Both the position numbers and the translations under genes were made by a program. A stretch of DNA of 64,000 bases from Eledone cirrhosa (taxonomy: Eukaryota), in the NCBI GenBank assembly GCA_964016885.1, contig OZ024742.1, forward strand, positions 315,022,001 to 315,086,000, in the 5' to 3' direction. The notes below the pieces were generated by a model. It searched no databases, was not told the origin of the DNA, and saw only the letters and a program-made list of their open reading frames with translations. Shown in pieces: positions 54,092-64,000 of this stretch (position 1 is the first letter of the stretch; every line of letters starts with the position of its first letter).

Positions 54092-54221
54092 GTATATATG
54101 ATTTCTAAAGAATGAAACAGTTCTAGTCCTGTAGAATCTCATCTATATTAAAACTTTTATACTCTGCAATCTATTGAGTACCTTACTTACTGTGGTTACC
54201 TCCGATTCAACCCGGAATAAC

Positions 54222-54260
<39 letters not shown>

Positions 54261-54324
54261 CATATATATATATATATATATAGATACATATATATATGTA
54301 TATATATGTATATGTATATATATG

Positions 54325-54364
<40 letters not shown>

Positions 54365-54452
54365 TATAACTTTGAGTAACTTTGAAATGTTTTGGCCAGT
54401 ATTGGCCCAGGCCATGTCTAGCTAATAGCACCACCTGGCGAAGTCTCTCAAT

Positions 54453-57400
54453 TCAGGATTTGGGCACCATGGCCCATTCGAGAAGAGAATTACTGTTTGC
54501 GGAGACATATCCGGGTGTGGGTGGTTTGTCCGGGATTACTTGGAGGAATTTGTCCAAAGACTTCTTGAATTTTGTGTGGTCAGTTTCTGTTTTGACTCGT
54601 CCTGGTGTGATGTTGAAGAGAGCAGGGCCAATTGAGGTGAAATAATTGTGCCGTATTGTTGTTATGAGTTTCGATTTAGATTTTTGTTTGGGACGGATAG
54701 CACGGGGCCCAAGCCTTGGGTGTATTTTGAAGGTGATGCCAACATCATTTGGGCAGTGCTGATGAAATATTTTCCACATCATGCAGCTAACATAACGTTC
54801 ACGGCGACGTTGGAGTGAGTAAAGTTTCAGCTTTTCTAGTCGACCACAGTAGTCAAGGTCTGACATGCCATCTATCTTTTTCGTGATTGCCCTTTGGGGA
54901 GCTTCATGTTTCATGATACTTTCTTTTGTGTGGGGAGACCACTGTGGACAACAGTATTCAAGGTATGGTCGGGCAAAAGTGGAGAAGAGAAGGATAATGG
55001 TGTGGGAATCTCTCGACTGGAAAGTTCTGAGGATCCAGGAACTCATTCTGCGGGCCATGTCAACTTTGCTGTTTATATGCGTGGCCCAGCTTATGTTGCT
55101 GCCCACGGTTACTCCCAAGTCTCTGAGGTTGTTAGATGCCACGAGAGTTTCACCGGAGGGGAGGGAGTACGGGAGTTTCAGAGCATCCTCTTTTCCAAAG
55201 TGGATCAGTTCGAATCTGTCTTCGTTCAGTAACATGTTCTTTTCCGCCCATTGGGTAACAGCCAGTAGGTCTGACTGAAGGCTTATCCGGTCATCCACGC
55301 CATTGATGACCTTTTGGAGCTTGGAATCATCAGCGAAAATTCTAATGTTGCTGTGTTTGATGATGTCAGTGATGTCATTAATATAGATGATGAAGAGAAG
55401 TGGGCCCAACACAGTGCCCAGTGGGACCCCACTACTGACTTTGGCTGGGCTGGATTTGACTCCTTCGACTACAACATGTTGGGTTCTGTTTGACAGGAGG
55501 CTCTTGATCCACTTCAGCAGCTTTCCAGTGACACCAATATTGGACAGCCTTCTCAGTAGAATGTTATGATTAATCCTGTCAAAGGCCTTGCTGAAATCAA
55601 GATAGATAACATCAGTGTTGGAACCCTTTCCCAAGGCTCTCAAAATGTCATCAAAGTGATGCAGTAGCTGCGTCAGGCAATCCCTTCCATTACGGAATCC
55701 ATGCTGGTTGGAGTTCAGCATATTGTTACTCTCAAGGAAGTGAGTCATTCGCGATCTCACCACTCTCTCAAATACCTTAATGATATGAGAGGTGGGTGAG
55801 ATTGGACGGTAATTCACGGCAAGGGATTAGTTTCCTTTTTTGAAAACTGGGACAACAGACTGGGATAGAAGGTTTTCTGGCACATATCCAGCATCCAGTG
55901 AATTCCGCCACAGATTGGCAAAAGGAGATGCAAGTTGGTGTTGACACGCCTTCAAGACACAAGCAGGCAACCTATCGGGACCTACTGCTGAATTATGCTT
56001 GATTTCCTTTATTGCCGCTAAGACATCAGGGGCGCCAAACATTATGTCCGATAAGGTGTAATGGGGAGTAACATCACCGATACAGCCCAGATCGGCCATA
56101 TCAGGATTGCTGAAAACAGAGCAGTATTGTTTCTGCAGTATCTCACCCATGGTTTTAACATTGTCTTGAAGAGTGCCATTTTCATCAATTAGAGGGCCAA
56201 CAGTAGAGTCAGTGATTTTGTGTTTTTTTGCAAATGACAAGAACAATTTGGGATTGAGTTTGATCTTCTCAATGGCCCAGGCCTCTTCAGCTCTTCTCTA
56301 ATTGTTGATGATAGACATCATATTGTTTTGGAGGTTATGTTTTTTAATCTCTAGTGATGAAATGGCAGTCAAGTTGATGTGTTGCTGCTGACAGTATTTC
56401 AGCTTGTTGATTTTTTTTGTTAGTTCTCTTAATTTTCCTGATGAGCGTTTTTCTATTTCTAGGGATTCTGCTCTTAGATTTTTTTGTAGTTCTTAATGGG
56501 GTGTGTTTTGCACATATGTTTGTAACAGTGTCCACAAATGTCTGCCAGGACTTTTTGATGTTAGTGGGTGTGAGTGTGCGTGAAGGACCAGTCAACATGT
56601 GCAAGATCATGACTGATCGCTTCCCAGTTTGCATTGTGGAAATCCATAGCGTCAAACGGATGGACAGGAGAGATGACATTGGGTTTGTATATTGGACGGT
56701 GGAATCTCAGATCACAGAGAACCATGTCATGATCAGAGAGTAGAGTTTTCTCCACTGCAATATTGTGGACAGTGTCAGTGTGATTGCTGAAAATTAAGTG
56801 TAGGACGTTTTTGTGGCACATCGTTGGTTCGAGCACCAGTTGGGACAGGAAGAAATCATCCATGAAGTCAAGAAGCGATTCCACTGCTTCCCTGTCAGAG
56901 GTTGAGGCAGAAGAACCTGGTGGCAGGCTGTTTGTGGACCAGTCAACTCCGGGGAGGTTGAAATCCCCCATCATTAAGATGTTGTCAGGGTGACACTCTT
57001 GGATGAAACACTTTATACTGTTGAGGCATTCCTTGAAGCATGGTAGAAGCGTTTGGGGTGGCCTATAGAGCCCAACTACTATTAGGTTGTTGGTTTGACT
57101 GAATACAGTGACTGCTTCGCAGTATCCATTAGAAAATATGTTCATAGCCTCTGTTGAGAAAGAATTATGGACATAAATGGCAGTCCCACCCTTTCTTCTG
57201 CCAGCGCGATCAGCACGGATGGCTTTGACATTTTTCACTTTCACCTCGGCTTCCAAGTGGAGGTTACTGAGATGGGTTTCAGTGAGGACGAAGAAAGGGA
57301 TGTGGTTTGGATGGACATCAACCCAGTCCTCCAGGAATTTGATCTTCGATTTTTGAGTATTGGTGGAAGGGCTGATGCCTTGGGCGTTAAGCAAAAATGT

Positions 57401-57556
57401 TGAGGCGAGAGTGGATGGTTTTAACTGTTTTGGTGTGTTGTTAATTTGTTTGTTTGTTAATGGCAGCAATGTGAGTTTTTGCAGTGGGGTGATAGTGGAG
57501 GGTGGTGCTGGGTGATAGCTCGAATGTTTTTTTTCCAGTTCTTTTGCCAGATTCAT
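54453..57556 (-). pseudogene. CR1-like ORF2 (APE plus RT), frameshifted
   Basis: LTETHL, YRPP, MGDFNLP, SDH; NYRPIS, QHGFR, LDFSKAFD, SGVPLGTVLGPLLF, FADD, YSLQRRRER; at least 3 frame breaks. Confidence 0.92.
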
Positions 57557-57560
57557 TATG

Positions 57561-57935
57561 CTAAAAAAGAGGAAGAAGTTTACTGTTTATGAGACTGTTG
57601 GTGACTGTGGTAGTGGTTATTTTTATGTAGGTTATGGTTTTTGTTTTTGCTTTTATTTTAATTTTTTTTTCATTTGTCCGACGGGTCCCCGGCAGATGGG
57701 TAAAGGGACAATCCCGGTCTAAACACAATCTGTCTCGCAGGGAAAAGCGGCAGATTTGTGGATTCCTTGCTTGAGTTATTGGTGGCTGTGTTGGTGTTAA
57801 ATTAGAGTATGTATTATGGTAGTGGCTGTTTGTGAGGATAGACCGTTTTGTCCTAGGTAAATGGGTGAATTTGCAGCCACTATCCGTACATATTCTATAG
57901 CGTAGAGAGTAGCGGCAAATGATGGGGTTTCGAGA
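57561..57935 (-). pseudogene. ORF1 remnant with two CCCH zinc fingers
   Basis: CRYSLRYRICTDSGCKFTH and CRFSLRDRLCLDRDCPFTH (C-x8-C-x4-C-x3-H). Confidence 0.7.
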
Positions 57936-57999
57936 TGTATATGTATATATATGTATATACATATATATATATATACATATATATTATATACATATATAT

Positions 58000-58061
<62 letters not shown>

Positions 58062-58712
58062 GTATATATACCATCATCATCGTCAATTTTACCTCCGTTT
58101 ATCCAGAAACACTTAGCAAGAAAACTTTAACAAGAAGAAATTAGTATAATGCGTACAATACTTGAGAAAGTAAGTCGATATAACTCAGTAATGATTTATT
58201 GACTGTGCCCCAGGATGGCCACACTCAAATAATCTAAAATCAATAAGAGAATAAAAGAAAAGAATACATATCGACTTTTGTAATCAGCCTCAAGGTAAAA
58301 ATTGAATGCCTGCATACAACGTATATAAAATATCATATATATGCATACATGTTTGAACTGATAACTCGTAGTGGAATTGCAGGGCCACTGTAGTGACATA
58401 CGTGATTTTTGTGAGAGAGAGAACTGAGAAAGAGATATGGAGGAAGAATCGAAGATAGTAAGCTCGGTGGGATTTGAACTCAGAGCAAAGAGAGCCGGAA
58501 CGAATTTCGCAAACCATTTTATCTGACGTTTTCGCAACTCGGCTAATTCGTCCACTCGTCTTGTCTCTCCCTCTCTCTCTCTCCCCCTCGCTCCCTCTCT
58601 CTCTCCCTCTCTCTCTCTCTCTCCATCTATCTGCCGCTCTCTCACTCTCTATCTATCTATCTATCTCTATCACTCTCCAAATATATTTATATATATATAT
58701 ATATACATACAT

Positions 58713-58769
<57 letters not shown>

Positions 58770-59301
58770 GAGAGAGAGAGAGAGAGAGAGGGGATATTGG
58801 TAAGTGCTAAGCTTTGGATAAATGGTGATTATGTGTTCATGTATGACTATCCAACTTGAAACTGACTATAACATGTGACTGACAGCACTATCAAATAACC
58901 TTTAACTTCACTAACTATTCAATGAATTTAACACAATTCCTCTATCAACAATAACTTCTGATATTAACGCTTTTAGATCTCCACAATATGTCAAGTCTAT
59001 GTTCTTTTATAAACTACCGTATTGTGTCAGTCATTCTGATTTCTTTTCCTTGAGTTATATGTGAGCTTTTATTGCTCTGCTTCCGATGATAGTGCCAGTA
59101 TTTCACCTTAATTTGTTTTACTCGGTAATTCGAAATTTACAACAAAGGTTATAATGCATGTGCATAATTTTGCGATAACTATTGGCAATATACGTATATA
59201 TATATATATTAGAAAGTGAGGTTTTTTTTACAAAATGAAAAATATATATGAAAAAGCCTTTTTAGAGAATTTTATGACAATATAAATATATAGTAATAGT
59301 A

Positions 59302-59347
<46 letters not shown>

Positions 59348-59352
59348 ATATG

Positions 59353-59409
<57 letters not shown>

Positions 59410-59418
59410 ATATGTATG

Positions 59419-59453
<35 letters not shown>

Positions 59454-59454
59454 G

Positions 59455-59513
<59 letters not shown>

Positions 59514-59679
59514 TCAGGATAGAACCAGTTTAAAACTAGTTTTAATGTTACTTAACGGTGTACTCCACGCTTGGGCTAGTAGTGTATGGCTATTATAAAG
59601 TGTCGGACCCTACACTTTATAATATATGTATATATACACATATGTGTGTGTCTGTTCTTGAGACTAGTAAAATGAGGTA

Positions 59680-59767
59680 TCCTCTTGATAAGTCGGCAGA
59701 CCTCGCAAGGACTCTATATCTTTGATATATTGTTTTTGTTTATGCCACGAAACTACGTAGTCGAGGA
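59680..59767 (+). ncRNA. type I hammerhead, U3-A8 variant
   Basis: tcctc-TTGATAA-gt(c)ggca..tgccac-GAAA-ctacgtag-TC-gagga; intact G10.1-C11.1 pair. Confidence 0.82.
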
Positions 59768-60270
59768 ATTTAGGAACAGTTTAGGTATGATACATTTTAT
59801 TACTAATTATATCTAAATGTTTCTTCTCTCTTCATAATGTATTTTTAACTCTGATACTGGTTCAGTCTGGTTCAAACTGAATTGGTCTGTCCCAGTCATT
59901 CATTGAGCAACATCGGTGAAGTTGGCACCCTTAACTCACAGTTGGGTGCGGATGCATTCATGTATATATGTGTGTGTCCGCATGTATCTGTGTGTTTCTA
60001 AATATATTAATAACTCCGTCTGGTCGAGCAATCTTTGAAGTGTGGGGACAACTGGAAAGCTTCCATTACTCATACTTCTCGCCTTCTTCACTACCTCTTC
60101 TACGGCCTCGATATGAATACCCCCTCCGCCTCCGTGGTATTTTCTTCGTGGTTATAAGAGGCTTAGCTCTGTTTCTCGACCGTTATATCGCGTGACTATC
60201 TCCCCCTCCGCCTTTTGGGATTCTTTCTCACGTCGTGTAGACGCGTTCTTGAGACTAGTAAAATGAGGTA

Positions 60271-60358
60271 TCCTCTTGATAAGTCGGCAGACCTCGCAAG
60301 GACTCTATATCTTTGATATATTGTTTTTGTGTATGCCACGAAACTACGTAGTCGAGGA
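60271..60358 (+). ncRNA. type I hammerhead, U3-A8 variant
   Basis: Same motif, 591 bp downstream. Confidence 0.82.
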
Positions 60359-60861
60359 ATTTAGGAACAGTTTAGGTATGATACATTTTATTACTAATTA
60401 TATCTAAATGTTTCTTCTCTCTTCATAATGTATTTTTAACTCTGATACTGGTTCAGTCTGGTTCAAACTGAATTGGTCTGTCCCAGTCATTCATTGAGCA
60501 ACATCGGTGAAGTTGGCACCCTTAACTCACAGTTGGGTGCGGATGCATTCATGTATATATGTGTGTGTCCGCATGTATCTGTGTGTTTCTAAATATATTA
60601 ATAACTCCCTCTGGTCGAGCAATCTTTGAAGTGTGGGGACAACTGGAAAGCTTCCATTACTCATACTTCTCGCCTTCTTCACTACCTCTTCTACGGCCTC
60701 GATATGAATACCCCCTCCGCCTCCGTGGTATTTTCTTCGTGGTTATAAGAGGCTTAGCTCTGTTTCTCGACCGTTATATCGCGTGGCTATCTCCCCCTCC
60801 GCCTTTTGGGATTCTTTCTCACGTCGTGTAGACGCGTTCTTGAGACTAGTAAAATGAGGTA

Positions 60862-60949
60862 TCCTCTTGATAAGTCGGCAGACCTCGCAAGGACTCTATA
60901 TCTCTGATATATTGTTTTTGTTTATGCCACGAAACTACGTAGTCGAGGA
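60862..60949 (+). ncRNA. type I hammerhead, U3-A8 variant
   Basis: Same motif, 1182 bp downstream. Confidence 0.82.
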
Positions 60950-61337
60950 ATTTAGGAACAGTTTAGGTATGATACATTTTATTACTAATTATATCTAAAT
61001 GTTTCTTCTCTCTTCATAATGTATATATATATATATATATATATAGAAGTCCCATCGACTGAGTGCTCTACCACTACGGATATTACCTTCGAGTGCTCTC
61101 TATCTCTCTCTCTATATATATATATATATAGTAATTATGAAGACCAAAATCCAATGACGGCTCGATAAGGATTATATATATATATATATATATAAGCCAT
61201 AAAGCAAACATAACTTATTAGTTCAGATTAAAGTTCAATCAAAGAATCGCTGATTTCACCCTATTCTGGGTTCTTCTGAAGATCCCAGAATAGGGTGAAA
61301 ACAGGGATTCTTTGCTTAAACTTTACTAATAATAATA

Positions 61338-61444
<107 letters not shown>

Positions 61445-62496
61445 CGAAATGGAGACAAATGAAAGGAAAAACCTAAACAAGGAAACAAACACGGCAGCCT
61501 CGATCTTCAGTTGACCTTCATTTGATACACTTTAACATACTGTTGGACAGATCTGTGTTTTATTACACTGAAATGTGCACAACTATATCTAACACTACTT
61601 GGGAAATAAACAAACGAACATATAACATTAACAGAACATATGCACCTATGCATGTGAATGAGTATGTGCAATTTCGCGACAGTGTATTTGTTAAATGTAT
61701 CTGATTTTCATAGGTATTTACAAACAATTGTATGATCGTGTTTGTTTTAATCTTTTAACATCATATTTGGGAAACAAATATATGTGAAAAGGAAAATTAA
61801 TAGAAAAAAAAATTAAGTAACATTGAAATATCCCCGTGTCTATGTATGGCATCTTGTATCTTCTAACCTCTCTGATAATTGCTAGTTCTCAGGTTATTGT
61901 TTTTATATAAACACAGCAAGATTATGGATGTTTATTCTTTAGCGATGTTCAAGTCAGAATTTGGTCAAATGATTCGAAGCAACAAAACAGTCTGGTATCT
62001 TGTTGCTTTTAACGGAATTCATTCCGTTGCAACCATTAGTACCATTCTCTGATTTAGGGATATTTTCTTCTCTCTCACCAATATCAGAGGCATTGAAAAT
62101 AACCATTAATAATAACCTACTCTCTATGATGTAAAGATAAAATAAACGACAAGGAACGGATTAACGTTACTGAAATAGGCATTAAAAATCCCTGGAACCA
62201 TATTTGCAAAAGATTTCTAAATGGGATTATTTTTTCTTTGTAAAAGGCATACATTATGGAGGTTTATTAAAGATTCATAAAAGTGCAGAGATTTCAGTTA
62301 CCCTGAGACACATTTGTTTATAAATTAAGAAATGTGTTTATATATGGAATTATATGTACATGTATGTGTTTGTAGGGTTAGATGTTTGTGGTTGTATGTG
62401 GATCTAGGATTACTTGTTTATGTAATTTTCAGGCTGATATAATAAAACTGTCTAAATTGAGTTGAACAAAGCAAGTGTTTTTATTTGCTATCTCTA

Positions 62497-62681
62497 CTGG
62501 GTGGATTGGCAGTATCGGTAGAGGGTCGGACGCCATGCTTCCCAGCATAGTTACGTCCCTTTACGATCTGAGTTCAAATCCCGCCGAGGTTGACTTTGCC
62601 TTTCATCCTTACGGGGTCGATAAAATAAAGTACCAGTAATACACTGGGTAATTGCAGGCCTTGTGCCTAAAGTAGAAATAA
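62497..62681 (+). mobile_element. SINE with 16-bp TSD
   Basis: ttatttgctatctcta at 62481 and 62682. Confidence 0.9.
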
Positions 62682-62995
62682 TTATTTGCTATCTCTAGGA
62701 TGTATATTTTGTTTGGGCTTTTTTTTTATCAGAGGTCGTCATCTTCAACAGTTATATACAAATATGTAATTGTGCTTACATGGAAATATATACATCTATT
62801 TAATATACAGGTGAGTATACGTTTAGTATTGTATACGAGTGTTCTTTACTCTATATTTACCTCACACACACACGTATATATGTGTGTGTGTGTGTTTGCG
62901 TGTGTGTGTGTACGTGTGCATACATATATACAGGCGTATTTGTATATATATTGTACAGACACATACACACACATACATACATACATACATGCATA

Positions 62996-63051
<56 letters not shown>

Positions 63052-63054
<3 letters not shown>

Positions 63055-63251
63055 TTCAACACCGCCACGGCGGAGCTCGAGCCTTTTCGACGGCTATTTT
63101 TGCACGGAATTTCAGTCCAGAAGTAGCTGTCGAACGGCTCGAGCTCTGCCGTCGGGGTCTTGAATTTTTAACTATTACCCACTCTACTACCCTAAGCATT
63201 GAGTACTCTGGTGCGTTATGGTCCACCTGGTTCTTTACCACACTTCCTTCG

Positions 63252-63253
<2 letters not shown>
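63052..63253 (+). mobile_element. family A short fold-back end
   Basis: Inverted arm plus family tail; another tail fragment at 63301-63390 (minus). Confidence 0.75.
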
Positions 63254-63303
<50 letters not shown>

Positions 63304-63449
63304 CAAAGAAGATGAGGTATGATACCAGGTGGACTATAACGCACCAGAGTACTCAATACTTCTGGTGGTAGAGTGGGTAATAGGAAAAGAGACCGGACCC
63401 CAATGCACACCACATACACGCATATATATATATATATATATATATATAA

Positions 63450-64000
63450 TGGAAAATTTGAACAGGAACAAAACAGTACAACGAATGTTTATTAATTTCA
63501 CGCTCTGGAGAGTGGGGTGGTGGTGGGGAACGACGTTTCGGGCATAAGCCCTTCCTCAGGTGAGAAGTGTGTGGGAAGAGAGTTCAAAGGATGTGTAGGG
63601 GAGTGGTGGAGAGACATATAGCGAAAAGGGGGTGGGAGGAAACGGTGCGAATGAAATTAAAAATTAAAATTAAAATAAAGCTTGATCAAAATAAAATGAA
63701 ATGAAATAAAAATAAATATAAAAGCATGATCAAAATAAACTGAAATTAAAAAGGAGTAAAACAGGTGGTGGAAGGGTGTGGGGGTGTAGGGGTGGTGGCG
63801 GGTGGAGTGGGGAGAGGGAGACGGGGTGTCCGAGCGGGGAGGGCTGAAGGTGGTGTGTGTGTGTAGGTGTACGTGTGGTGTGTGTGTGTGTGTGTATGTG
63901 AAAGCAAGGGTTGGAGGAAGAACGTGGTTGCATGTAGGAAGAGGTGTGTGTGGGGTGGGGTGTAGGTCGGAGTGTCTGTGCGTGTGTGGATAGAGGGGTG
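63450..64000 (-). mobile_element. PLE-type 3' region with HHR-like core
   Basis: ac-CTGAGGA-agggc.ttat.gccc-GAAA-cg-TC-gt at 63530-63561; homologous to 43600-44150. Confidence 0.6.

Larger units (their letters stand above)
54370..57935 (-). mobile_element. CR1/L2-group LINE, decayed and 5'-truncated
   Basis: Colinear ORF1 remnant, APE and RT in several frames. Confidence 0.9.
59654..61021 (+). mobile_element. 591-bp tandem array (about 2.3 units), same family as 14808-17423
   Basis: ORF track repeats at 59968/60559; three HHRs; ends at ctcttcataat followed by a TA tract. Confidence 0.85.

Overview
AT-rich, microsatellite-dense eukaryotic intergenic or intronic DNA with no supportable host gene. 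The repeat content resembles an octopus/cephalopod genome, which is an inference I cannot confirm. Protein-coding remnants are all from transposons: a full-length but disabled Tx1-clade LINE (17.6-23.4 kb, minus) with two truncated relatives, a decayed CR1-like LINE with CCCH fingers (54.4-57.9 kb, minus), three Penelope-like (PLE) GIY-YIG fragments, a Helitron Rep fragment and an RTE 3' end. About 17 tRNA-derived SINE copies of one family are present. The main unannotated signal is RNA-level. Reading by eye I find about 22 well-formed type I hammerhead ribozymes (HHR) from about 10 unrelated sequence families, plus weaker ones, nearly all in (TA)n-flanked fold-back or tandem units. Two families carry the compensatory U3-A8 core (UUGANAA) and an enlarged stem II. 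One of them forms non-coding 595/591-bp head-to-tail arrays with one ribozyme per unit at two separate loci (14.8-17.4 kb and 59.6-61.0 kb). These look like a retrozyme-type self-cleaving or circular RNA element mobilised in trans by PLE machinery. All structures were folded by eye and no activity has been tested. Repeat boundaries are approximate.
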